Positions 44,648 to 53,128 of a DNA stretch of 64,000 bases are shown piece after piece. The position numbers and the translations under genes were made by a program. The notes under the pieces are model-generated. The model was not told where the DNA came from and searched no databases. It saw nothing but the letters and a program-made list of their open reading frames with translations. The DNA comes from an uncultured delta proteobacterium (GTDB lineage: Bacteria; Desulfobacterota; Desulfobaccia; Desulfobaccales; 0-14-0-80-60-11): positions 106,318 to 170,317 of the forward strand of contig CAVYJK010000032.1 of assembly GCA_963768765.1 (NCBI GenBank), given 5' to 3'. How positions within the stretch are numbered: position 1 is the first letter of the stretch; each line of letters opens with the position of its first letter.

Positions 44648-45169
44648 ATGAAGCTGTTCCGTTGCCGGATTTGCGGCGATCCCTACCTGGGGAGCGCCCC
44701 GCCCAGCTTTTGCCCGTTCTGCGGCGCGCCCGAGAGATATATGGTGCCCGCGGAGGAATACGTGGACTTGAACGACGTCCCCAATCTCAGCCCCCGGTCC
44801 CGGGAAAACCTGGAAAAGGCCCTGGACCTGGAAGTAAGAAATGCCGCCTTTTATTTCTGCGCCTCCAACTGCGCCCCGGACCCGCTCTCCCAGGCCATGT
44901 TCAAGGCCCTGGCCCGCACCGAATCGGAGCACGCCTCCCTCATCTGCAAGATCCTAAAGGTCCCCAAACCGGAGATCAAGCCGGACGAGAAGGCCTGCCT
45001 GAAGGACCCCAAGGCCAACTTCGGGGCGGCCCATGGCAAGGAGCAAAGGGCGGTGGCCTTTTACGGCCAGTCCGCAGCCGAAGCCGGGGAGGACCGGGTC
45101 AAAGAAGTCTTCACGGCCCTGACGGAGGTGGAAACCTACCACATCGCCCTGTCGGAAACGCGGAAGTAA
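44648..45169 (+). CDS. reverse rubrerythrin (N-terminal rubredoxin-like + ferritin-like domain)
   Basis: FRCRICGD..CPFCGA at the N-terminus, then ferritin-like helices (LDLEVRNAAFY, ESEHA, EVETYH). Confidence 0.8.
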   Translation: MKLFRCRICGDPYLGSAPPSFCPFCGAPERYMVPAEEYVDLNDVPNLSPRSRENLEKALDLEVRNAAFYFCASNCAPDPLSQAMFKALARTESEHASLICKILKVPKPEIKPDEKACLKDPKANFGAAHGKEQRAVAFYGQSAAEAGEDRVKEVFTALTEVETYHIALSETRK

Positions 45170-45187
45170 ATGAGAAAGGCTAATTTT

Positions 45188-45373
45188 GGGGGGAGGGCCA
45201 GGGAGCGAGGCTCCCTGCCCTCCCCCCAAGCCCCCCACCCAACCCGCATAAGGGCCGGGGAAGGCGGGGCCTGCTACCCCGACTTCCCCGGTCTATAAAT
45301 ATCCCATAAGGGGTTGGGGGAGAGCTTCAGGGTGGATTGTAAGCGGGCCGTGGACCCCCTAGCCCCCTCCCTG
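45188..45373. repeat. B-type hairpin + inverted D-type arm + C-type repeat
   Basis: GGGGGGAGGGCCAGGGAGCgagGCTCCCTGCCCTCCCCCC (45188-45227). CCCAACCCGCATAAGGG.. is the inverse of 24463-79. The C-type copy is at 45307-45373. Confidence 0.85.
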
Positions 45374-45389
45374 AACTATCTTCCAAACC

Positions 45390-46139
45390 TTATTCCCCGC
45401 CGCCCTGCAGCAGTTCCAAGGCCTGGCGGGCCGCCCCTTGTTCCGCCTGCTTCTTGGTGCGGCCCTCGCTCCGGGCCAGGGGCCGGCCCAGCAGGGTAAC
45501 CTCCACCAGAAAATGCCTGGCGTGGCCGGGACCGCTTTCCGACAGGAGCTGGTAGGTGGGCGAGGTCTTATACCGGGCCTGGGTGAATTCCTGCAGCGCG
45601 GTCTTGAAGTCCTGCCAGGAGGGGGCGGCCAGGGATTCCAGGTGCGGGGCGAACAGCCGGTGGGTGAAGCCGGCCGCAGCCTTCAGGCCCCCGTCCAAAA
45701 AGACGGCGGCCAGGACGGCTTCCAGGGCGTCGGCCAGGAGCGATGGTTTGTCCCGGCCGGCTTGCTGCTCTTCACCCCGGCCCAGTAAGAGATGAATCCC
45801 CAGGTCCAGTTGCCGGGCCAGGGCGGCCAGCTGCCGGGCGTTCACCAGGGCGGCCCGCCCTCGGGAAAGTTCTCCTTCCGAACTTTGGGGAAAGGAGGCC
45901 AGCAGTAGGTTGCTGACGGTGAGGGAGAGCACCGCATCCCCCAGAAACTCCAGCTGTTCGTTGCTGGGGCCGTCCTCCGGATTCTCGTAGGCATAAGAGC
46001 TGTGGCGCAGGGCCCGGTCCAGCAGGCCGAGGTCCTTGAACCGGTGCCCCAATCTCCGGGCCAGATTCCGGAGTTCCCGCTCTCGTCCCTGAGGTCCCGC
46101 CGCCCCCTGGCGCTTCAATGAAAGATGCTCCCTTCCCAT
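45390..46139 (-). CDS. rnc: ribonuclease III
   Basis: NEQLEFLGDAVLSL signature and a C-terminal dsRBD (..GRTKKQAEQGAARQALE..). Confidence 0.9.
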   Translation of the reverse strand: MGREHLSLKRQGAAGPQGRERELRNLARRLGHRFKDLGLLDRALRHSSYAYENPEDGPSNEQLEFLGDAVLSLTVSNLLLASFPQSSEGELSRGRAALVNARQLAALARQLDLGIHLLLGRGEEQQAGRDKPSLLADALEAVLAAVFLDGGLKAAAGFTHRLFAPHLESLAAPSWQDFKTALQEFTQARYKTSPTYQLLSESGPGHARHFLVEVTLLGRPLARSEGRTKKQAEQGAARQALELLQGGGE

Positions 46140-46302
46140 TCCTCTGGTCTACTGCTCTTTGATTCTATCATGAATCCCCTTTCCTGCTTCAGGACAAATT
46201 AAGGATTTTCGAAGGCAATTTTCGGGTTTTCCCTAATTTTCTTATGTTCATTTTCCATTTAATTTTCTACCATCATTCAAAGAAAATCAGAAAGGGCGGG
46301 AC

Positions 46303-47085
46303 ATGGAAGCCATCGTTCAGGTCATGGAGTCGACCATCGGTGCCCGGGACCCATACACCGTGGGGCACCAGCAGCGGGTAACCCAGATCGCCTGCGCCAT
46401 CGGCAAGGAGATGGGCCTCTCGACTGAACAGCTTCGGGAAATGCGGGTGGCCGGCAGCCTCCATGATCTCGGCAAGGTGGCCGTACCCCTGGATATTCTC
46501 TCTAAACCCGGCAAGCTCACTGACCTCGAATTTGCCATAATCAAGACCCATCCCCAGGTGGGCTACGATATTTTAAAACCCTTAAAATTCCCTACCCTAA
46601 TCAACCAGATCATCCTGCAGCACCATGAAAGGCTGGACGGCTCCGGCTACCCCATGGGCCTAAAGGACAAAGACATCCTCCTGGAGGCCCGCATCCTGGG
46701 AGTGGCCGACGTGGTGGAGGCCATGTGTTCCCACCGTCCCTATCGGCCGGCCCTGGGCCTGGACCAGGCCCAGGCGGAACTCCGCCGGAACCGCGGAAAA
46801 ATCTATGACCCGGAAGTGGTGGGGGTCTGCCTGAAGCTCTTTGATGAGGCCCTGGCGCCCGAGGAGCGGACGGTTCCGGGGCTGGCCCGCCAGCCGGTGC
46901 CGACCCCGAACCCCATCACCGCCAATATTATCGACCGGAACCAGGAGGCCAAGTGGAAGCGGGAGAAGCTGACGGACCTTCTGGACTGGCTCCAAAGTTT
47001 CCCCTTCCAGTCCCGGTTCATCCTCCATTCCGTGGCCGCCTCGTTGGCGGGCTACATGCTGATGGTAAGCAGCCGCGGTTTTTAA
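46303..47085 (+). CDS. HD-GYP domain protein (putative c-di-GMP phosphodiesterase)
   Basis: DPYTVGHQQRVT, SLHDLGKV, HHERLDGSGYPMGL. No receiver or sensor domain. Hydrophobic C-terminal tail. Confidence 0.8.
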   Translation: MEAIVQVMESTIGARDPYTVGHQQRVTQIACAIGKEMGLSTEQLREMRVAGSLHDLGKVAVPLDILSKPGKLTDLEFAIIKTHPQVGYDILKPLKFPTLINQIILQHHERLDGSGYPMGLKDKDILLEARILGVADVVEAMCSHRPYRPALGLDQAQAELRRNRGKIYDPEVVGVCLKLFDEALAPEERTVPGLARQPVPTPNPITANIIDRNQEAKWKREKLTDLLDWLQSFPFQSRFILHSVAASLAGYMLMVSSRGF

Positions 47086-47414
47086 GCAAGAACCCTCCGC
47101 CGCCTGCCCCGGTTACCCCTGCCACGCCGCAGTCTGCCCAGGGGCCCCTCGTAAAGTAAGCCCCCGGGGTTCTTATTCCAGGAACGCCGCCCTATTAGGC
47201 TGTTGAAGATAGATGGCCGGCGTGTCCGCCCCAATCGCAGGGCGCCACCCGGGCATGCTCCCGGGCAGAAATGGCATCAGGGCGCTTGAAGAAAGGGCAG
47301 GTTGATGGGGCTCAGGCTGTCTGGACCGCCTGGGAAGACCTGGCTCCAGAAGAGAACCGCAGGACAACCGCAATCCCTTCCGAGAGCTTTCCTCCCTCTT
47401 ATCCGGCCAGCCTG

Positions 47415-47823
47415 TTAAGAGATAAAGACCACCAGCCGGTTCTTGCGGTCCGCGGTGCGGTAGTACACAATGCTCTCCGCCACCTTGAGCACCCCGTTCA
47501 GATAAGGGGAGTTGCACGACGGGGCTTGAGGGCCCTTGAGGTTGCGGCAGATTCAGGCCGCCGGGAGTGAGGCCGGCCGCGTCGTCTTCAAAGATCAGGC
47601 GCAGCCGGGGACCCTTTTCTTCCAGGGTGACGGCAATGGAGCCGGGCTGGCCCGGACGGTAGATACGGGTGACCAGGTGCAGGAAGATTTCCTCCGCCGC
47701 CAGTTCCAGGTTGCTGCGTCGGGAAGAGGCTACCCTGTGGTCCCTGGCCCACTGGCGGATAAAATCCATCAGAAGCTTCAGGTTCTCCTGACGGTTGCTC
47801 AGGGTCAGACGGGAAGGCATCAT
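47415..47823 (-). CDS. anti-sigma-factor-type Ser kinase (RsbW/SpoIIAB-like HATPase), frameshifted near 47520-47565 as sequenced
   Basis: N-terminal ..NLELAAEEIFLHLVTRIY..IAVTLEEKGPRLRLIFEDDAAG. The family-like C-terminus ..NSPYLNGVLKVAESIVYYRTADRKNRLVVFIS* is in another frame (stop at 47415-17). The 216-aa listed ORF tail looks spurious. Confidence 0.55.
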
Positions 47824-47986
47824 GATAATTATACTAAACCCACGGGATTAGGGTAGCGCCTGTTCGGCGGACTGGAACCATTTGCCATATGATTCGGCAG
47901 GCGAACCGATTACTTGAGGGGCCCGGTAAAAGCAGCCCCCCCGCCACGTCGGGGAGGACGGTGGAGCCTGGCTGCAAAAGGCCGAA

Positions 47987-48541
47987 CTATTTTAACCGGC
48001 CGCTCTTCTTGGGGGCGGGCAGGAAACGGTCCCGCTCGCTGAAGATGCAGCCGCAATACTGCTGCTTGTAGAGGCCCAGCTCTTTGGTTTTGACCGCGCC
48101 TTCGGCCCACCCCTGGCGGAAATCCTCGTAATAGAACGGCACCCCCACTTCCTGGACCACCAGTTGGGCCAGGTCCCGGATCAGTTCATGGTTCTGGAAC
48201 TTGCTGTACAGCAGGGTGGAAGTGAAGGCGTCGAATTTGCCCCCCCGGGCCACCCGGGCGGCGACCGCCAGCCTCAGGTAATAGCAGAAGCGGCAGCGCT
48301 CCGTTTCCCGGAAGACCACGCTTCTTAAAAACTCTTCCAGATTATAGCTACGGTCCCAGATCACCGGGAGCCCGGCATTGGCGGCGTACTCCTCCAGGGT
48401 GGCGGCCCGGCGGGCGAACTCCTGGTAAGGCTGGATGTTGGGGTTGTAGAAAAAGCCGCGCACCTGGTGCCCCGAAGCCCGCAAGGCCTCCAAAGGGTAG
48501 ATGGCGCAGGGAGCGCAGCAGATGTGCAGCAGGATCTTCAT
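47987..48541 (-). CDS. queH: epoxyqueuosine reductase QueH
   Basis: MKILLHICCAPCAIYP.., ..CRFCYYLRL.., ..YCGCIFSE (DUF208/QueH Cys motifs). Confidence 0.85.
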   Translation of the reverse strand: MKILLHICCAPCAIYPLEALRASGHQVRGFFYNPNIQPYQEFARRAATLEEYAANAGLPVIWDRSYNLEEFLRSVVFRETERCRFCYYLRLAVAARVARGGKFDAFTSTLLYSKFQNHELIRDLAQLVVQEVGVPFYYEDFRQGWAEGAVKTKELGLYKQQYCGCIFSERDRFLPAPKKSGRLK

Positions 48542-48544
48542 TAC

Positions 48545-49423
48545 TCAGGTGCGGTGCCCCATTACCCGCTTGGCAACTTGCCCCAGCTCGCCGATGTTGG
48601 CCACCATGGTCACCCCGGCTGCGGTGAGGGCGGCGATCTTGTCCGAGGCCTTGCCGCTGCCCCCGGAGATGATGGCCCCGGCGTGGCCCATGCGCTTGCC
48701 CGGCGGCGCGGTCTGTCCGGCGATGAAGCCGATGACCGGTTTGCTGACGTGGCGGGAGATATAGGCCGCGGCCTCTTCTTCCGCGGTGCCGCCGATTTCG
48801 CCGATGAGCACGATACCTTCCGTCTGGGGGTCGGCCTCAAATAATTTTAACATATCGATGAAGTTGGTGCCGATGATGGGGTCGCCGCCGATGCCCACGC
48901 AGGTGCTCTGGCCGAGGCCCAAGAGGGTGAGCTGGTACACCGCCTCGTAGGTCAGGGTACCGCTGCGGGAGACCAGCCCCATGGGGCCGGGCCGATGAAT
49001 GTGGCCCGGCATGATGCCCACCTTGGCCTGGTCCGGGGAGATGATGCCCGGGCAGTTGGGGCCGATGAGGCGGCAGTCCGAGTCCTTAAGCACCGCCAGC
49101 ACCTTGACCATATCCAGGGTGGGGATGCCTTCGGTGATGCATACCGCCAGCTTGACGCCGGCGGCCGCGGCCTCCAGGATGGCGTCCGCCGCAAAGGCCG
49201 GGGGCACAAAGATCAGCGCAGTGTTGGCTCCCGTCTCTTTAACGGCCTGGGCCACGGTGTTGAAGACCGGGACGGCGTCCATCTTTTGGCCGCCCTTGCC
49301 GGGGGTCACGCCGGCCACCACCTTGGTGCCGTACTCGGCGCAGGCCCGGGCGTGAAACGACCCTTCCTTGCCGGTAATTCCCTGTACCACTACCCGCGTG
49401 TCGTTATTCACCAGAACGCTCAT
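48545..49423 (-). CDS. sucD: succinate--CoA ligase subunit alpha
   Basis: [13 protein letters not shown], ..SRSGTLTYE.., ..[15 protein letters not shown] (phosphohistidine loop). Confidence 0.93.
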   Translation of the reverse strand: MSVLVNNDTRVVVQGITGKEGSFHARACAEYGTKVVAGVTPGKGGQKMDAVPVFNTVAQAVKETGANTALIFVPPAFAADAILEAAAAGVKLAVCITEGIPTLDMVKVLAVLKDSDCRLIGPNCPGIISPDQAKVGIMPGHIHRPGPMGLVSRSGTLTYEAVYQLTLLGLGQSTCVGIGGDPIIGTNFIDMLKLFEADPQTEGIVLIGEIGGTAEEEAAAYISRHVSKPVIGFIAGQTAPPGKRMGHAGAIISGGSGKASDKIAALTAAGVTMVANIGELGQVAKRVMGHRT

Positions 49424-49452
49424 TGCTCACCCTTTAACTTCGGTTTATTCTT

Positions 49453-49782
49453 TTATTTCTTACCCCAATATTCATGAACTTTTCTTAATTCGCTTATGAA
49501 AAAATTCCAATCGTCATTTCCCGAATATAAATCTAGTTCTCGGGCTAATGTAAAGAAACCTTTCCCTGGAATGTTGTTCTCTTTGTGAATGACTACTGCA
49601 GAAAGCATTGGACGACCATGTTCATGCTCATATGATGAAATCTCACCAAGAATCTCAGAGATCTTGTTCCTATCAGCAGGACTATCCATATCTAAATTAG
49701 CCAAGGGAGCAATTTCACTATAATAAATACATTTTTGCTCCTTAGCTATTGATTTAAGTTTATCGTAAATTACATGATGCAT
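49453..49782 (-). CDS. AT-rich orphan protein (109 aa), possible MGMT/ATL-like winged-helix fold
   Basis: MHHVIYDKLKSIAKEQKCIYYSEIAPLANLD..ISEILGEISSYEHEHGRPMLSAVVIHKENNIPGKGFF. The resemblance to wHTH DNA-binding domains is subjective. The most AT-rich ORF in this part of the window. Confidence 0.45.
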   Translation of the reverse strand: MHHVIYDKLKSIAKEQKCIYYSEIAPLANLDMDSPADRNKISEILGEISSYEHEHGRPMLSAVVIHKENNIPGKGFFTLARELDLYSGNDDWNFFISELRKVHEYWGKK

Positions 49783-49858
49783 TTATAAGATCCCCGTTGT
49801 TGTTGAGCCTCTGAAATCTCTGCAAAATAACCTTCTGACAGAAAAGGGTCTTTATTTC

Positions 49859-49960
49859 TTCCCCCTCCCCTGGTGGGAGGGGGTTAGGGGGAGGGGGATA
49901 ACCCACTGACATTGCAAGAATAATCACCCCCACCCTGACCCTCCCCCATCAAGGGGGAGG
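49859..49960. mobile_element. gene-less L+R inverted-repeat pair (MITE-like derivative of the DUF559-flanking repeats)
   Basis: CCCCCTCCCCTGGTGGGAGGGGGTTAGGGGGAGGGGGAT (49859-97), a 25-nt spacer, then CACCCCCACCCTGACCCTCCCCCATCAAGGGGGAGGGC (49923-60). The latter is nearly identical to the reverse complement of 15761-15797. Confidence 0.5.
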
Positions 49961-50013
49961 GCATAAAAAGAAGTTCCTTATTAGGATTTCTCACATTTTA
50001 CAGAGGTCTCTCT

Positions 50014-50439
50014 CTAACACCCCTTGATCTCCACTTCCGGGTTGAGGGATTTCACCGTGGAGATGAGTTCGTATAACCCCGTCATCTGGCAAATCAGCCG
50101 GATGGTCCCGCCCCGGTGTTTCACGTTGATGAACCCCAGGCTCAGGGGCGCGCCTTTGATGGAAACGAGGTCCCAGGGGGCCACCACGGTGGTTTTGATG
50201 ACGCTCCGAAACTCCAGTAAGTTATCATCCCTCAAGGTAATTTCAAACGGGATTTTCAAATAAACGTACCAAATCCAGAGCAAAATGGCGAGCCAGGGAA
50301 GAGAAAGCCATTTCAGCTCCGGGGGCGAGGCGGCGGTCGCAAATATCCGCACCACCACGCCAACCCCAATGACGGCCAGAAAGATCAAAATGGCCCACAG
50401 GAGAAACTTGACGGGTTTGACCAGCTGATAGATTTTCAT
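50014..50439 (-). CDS. hypothetical 2-TM membrane protein with a soluble C-terminal domain
   Basis: MKIYQLVKPVKFLLWAILIFLAVIGVGVVV..LSLPWLAILLWIWYVYL.., then a beta-rich tail. No family recognised. Confidence 0.5.
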   Translation of the reverse strand: MKIYQLVKPVKFLLWAILIFLAVIGVGVVVRIFATAASPPELKWLSLPWLAILLWIWYVYLKIPFEITLRDDNLLEFRSVIKTTVVAPWDLVSIKGAPLSLGFINVKHRGGTIRLICQMTGLYELISTVKSLNPEVEIKGC

Positions 50440-50553
50440 GGCGCCGTACCCGGATGCCCCATTTTGGGGCCGGGCTCTGCGGGCCGGCACCCCGCACGAG
50501 GTTCAAGCATTAGACCTGAAGGGCACCGGTTACCTGCCTTCGGGCCGAGACCC

Positions 50554-51087
50554 CTAAAGGGCGGCGGCCGTTCCGGGGGCCGCGGCTTCCCGGCAGCTCA
50601 GCTCGGGGCAGGCGGCGCAGCCCGGTTCAGGCGCGGCTGCGACCCCGGTAATCTTTTGCTCATAGACGCCGGCATCGGAACGTTGGCGGCCTCCTCCCAG
50701 CCCCCGGCCCCGCTCGCCCACCTCCGGGGTGATGAGGAAGGGAAAGTAGATGAGGAGCAGGCTGAGGATGAGGAAGGCCAGGCCCACCCGGGTGCGCGTC
50801 CTGGGATCGGGGATGAGCCGTTTAAAGAGGCCCACGATCATGCTCCAGTGGAGGATCAGGTGAATGACCAGCACCGCCAGAAGGGTGAAAGCCAGGTACA
50901 GGTGTACCGTCCCCCAGTCGTGCCGGTCCCAGCCCAGCCAGGTCAGATCCACGTTGCGGCCGTATTTCACCCAGACTTCCCGGCCCGGCGGCAGAGTGTA
51001 TTTCATGAGAAACCCCAGGCCGGCGATGGCCATGAGGCAGACAAACATCAGGGCGTCGATGACGAAATTGATTTTGGGCCTATCCAT
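50554..51087 (-). CDS. DUF4405-domain membrane protein (putative heme-b-binding, cytochrome-like)
   Basis: MDRPKINFVIDALMFVCLMAIAGLGFLMKYTLPPG..WDRHDWGTVHLYLAFTLLAVLVIHLILHW matches the DUF4405 pattern, including the conserved His residues. Confidence 0.65.
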   Translation of the reverse strand: MDRPKINFVIDALMFVCLMAIAGLGFLMKYTLPPGREVWVKYGRNVDLTWLGWDRHDWGTVHLYLAFTLLAVLVIHLILHWSMIVGLFKRLIPDPRTRTRVGLAFLILSLLLIYFPFLITPEVGERGRGLGGGRQRSDAGVYEQKITGVAAAPEPGCAACPELSCREAAAPGTAAAL

Positions 51088-51122
51088 TGCACACCTCTAT
51101 AACCAAGCTCAGAGGGGAGGAA

Positions 51123-51650
51123 TCATTTGCCCCCGGGGCGTCCCGGCCAATAGAGTCCCTGGCCATGGGGATAGACCTCCCGGCCGGGCGGTACGGCCGG
51201 TCTTGCCCCGGTGCGCCAGAGGGGGAGGCCGCTTTCATCCCGCAGCTTCAGGACCCGGTCCCCTTTTTTCACCGACGCGGCAATGATCAAGGGCTTGCCC
51301 CGGGCCATGATCCTAGAGCCCCTCACCTCAACCCGGTCCAGGTCCTTAATTTCGACCCCCTGGCTCTCGACGTAGGAACTGGGTCCGAGGATGACGGTGA
51401 TTGTTTCCCGGTCGGTCTTCAGGCCCAACTGCACCCGCTGGGGCGGCCCTCCCTTCGGGGGCAACGGGGTGATGAAGACCACCAGCCCGCTTACGGTCTC
51501 CACGGTCTTGGGATCATACATGGCGGCGCCGGGGCCGGCCGCGCCCTCCCCGGACGATGGCGACACGCCGGGCTGAGCCAGGGAGGCGCCCGCCAGCAAC
51601 GCCAGGATCAAAATTGCCGATGCCATTTTCAGGACGCTAAGCTTTTTCAT
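51123..51650 (-). CDS. periplasmic small beta-rich protein (MamS/MamX-like or OB-fold-like)
   Basis: Signal peptide MKKLSVLKMASAILILALLAGASLA, then ..VETVSGLVVFITP..VQLGLKTDRETITVILGPSSYVESQGVEIKDLDRVEVRGSR..GKPLIIAASVKKGDRVLKLRDESGLPLW. The family name is from memory only. Confidence 0.5.
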   Translation of the reverse strand: MKKLSVLKMASAILILALLAGASLAQPGVSPSSGEGAAGPGAAMYDPKTVETVSGLVVFITPLPPKGGPPQRVQLGLKTDRETITVILGPSSYVESQGVEIKDLDRVEVRGSRIMARGKPLIIAASVKKGDRVLKLRDESGLPLWRTGARPAVPPGREVYPHGQGLYWPGRPGGK

Positions 51651-51719
51651 TGCTCGATTCCCCCCGCGGGACATGGCGCCTCAGCCGTAGGCTGGCCCTC
51701 GCCCGCAGTTCTCGTTGAC

Positions 51720-52880
51720 TTACTGCACCAGGGCCGCCACCTTTTGGGCCGCGTCCCGCATGTCGGCGGCCACCGTGAACTTAAGGCCGGAGTTTTGCAG
51801 GATCTGCCGGCCCAGCTCCACGTTGGTGCCCTCCAGGCGCACGATGATGGGCACCTTGACCTGCACTTCCTTGACCGCCTCCACCACGCCGTTGGCCAGG
51901 ACGTCGCAGCGCAGGATGCCGCCGAAGATATTGATGAGCACCCCCTTGACGTTGGGGTCGGCCAGGATGATGCGGAAGCCGTTGGCCACCATTTCGGCGG
52001 AGGCCCCGCCGCCCACGTCCAGGAAGTTGGCGGGCTCCGCGCCCGCGGCCTTGATGAGGTCCATGGTGGCCATGGCCAGGCCGGCGCCGTTCACCATGGC
52101 GCCGATGTTGCCGCTTAAGCGGATGTAGTTGAGATGGTGCTTCCGGGCCTCGTGCTCCAGGGGGTCCATCTCCTCGGGGTCCTCCAGGGCCGCCAGGTCG
52201 TGGTGGCGGTACAGGGCGTTGTCGTCCAGGTTGATTTTGGCGTCCAGGGCCAGCATCTCGCCCTGTTTGGTGACCACCAGGGGGTTGATTTCCGCCAGGG
52301 AGCAGTCCAGGGCCGTGAACATGCGGTACAGGTTTTCGATGAAGCTCACCGCCGGGCGGATGAGCTGGGCGCCCAGCCCCACCCCGAAGGCCAGGTTGCG
52401 GGCCTGGTAGGCCATGCAGCCGGTGGTGGGGTTCACCGTTTCCTTGATGATGAGCTCCGGGGTGCGGGCCGCCACCTCTTCGATCTCCATGCCGCCGGCA
52501 GAGCTCATCATGAGCACCGGGTGGCCCGAGGCGCGGTCCACCACGATTCCCAGGTAAAGCTCCTTGTCGATCTCCTGGGCCTGCTCCACCAGGACCTTGT
52601 TCACCACTCTTCCTTCGGGGCCGGTCTGGGGGGTGACCAGGGTCATGCCCAGGATGCGGCCCGCCGCGTCCTCCACTTCCTCCGGGGTGGCGGCGACTTT
52701 GATGCCGCCCCCTTTGCCCCGGCCGCCGGCATGGATCTGGGCCTTCACCACAAAGGGGCCTTCGGCCAGTTCTTCCGCCACGGTGCGGGCTTCCTTGGAG
52801 GTTTCCGCCACGTCGCCCTGGGGCACCGGCACGTGGAACTTTTTAAGCAAATCTTTGCCTTGATACTCGTGGATTTTCAT
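51720..52880 (-). CDS. sucC: ADP-forming succinate--CoA ligase subunit beta
   Basis: MKIHEYQGKDLLKKFHVPVP.., ATP-grasp, ..NIFGGILRCD.. and ..VVRLEGTN... Confidence 0.93.
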   Translation of the reverse strand: MKIHEYQGKDLLKKFHVPVPQGDVAETSKEARTVAEELAEGPFVVKAQIHAGGRGKGGGIKVAATPEEVEDAAGRILGMTLVTPQTGPEGRVVNKVLVEQAQEIDKELYLGIVVDRASGHPVLMMSSAGGMEIEEVAARTPELIIKETVNPTTGCMAYQARNLAFGVGLGAQLIRPAVSFIENLYRMFTALDCSLAEINPLVVTKQGEMLALDAKINLDDNALYRHHDLAALEDPEEMDPLEHEARKHHLNYIRLSGNIGAMVNGAGLAMATMDLIKAAGAEPANFLDVGGGASAEMVANGFRIILADPNVKGVLINIFGGILRCDVLANGVVEAVKEVQVKVPIIVRLEGTNVELGRQILQNSGLKFTVAADMRDAAQKVAALVQ

Positions 52881-53128
52881 GGGAAATCCTTCCTGGCGCA
52901 GGTACGATTTGAAAAGTCAAAGACTTATTAATTTAAACAGAAGAGGCGGGCAGGTTCAAATAAAAATCGGCTCAGCCCCGCAAAATGCCAGAGCCCCGGC
53001 TGCACCCGGCGGGGGGAGGGGCATACCCCTTGGGTGCGCCTTAAAAGCGGGCGGACCTCACCGCCCCGACAAAGATTCCGGTCTCACTGCAACCTGGTAG
53101 AAATCAGGGGCGGTGGCGCGGGAATCCT

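Noticed and set aside
47173-47414. C-terminal 80 aa of the listed 216-aa ORF 47173..47823
   Set aside because: It is a P/G/S/L-rich read-through after a frameshift. A family-like C-terminus with a stop at 47415 exists in another frame.
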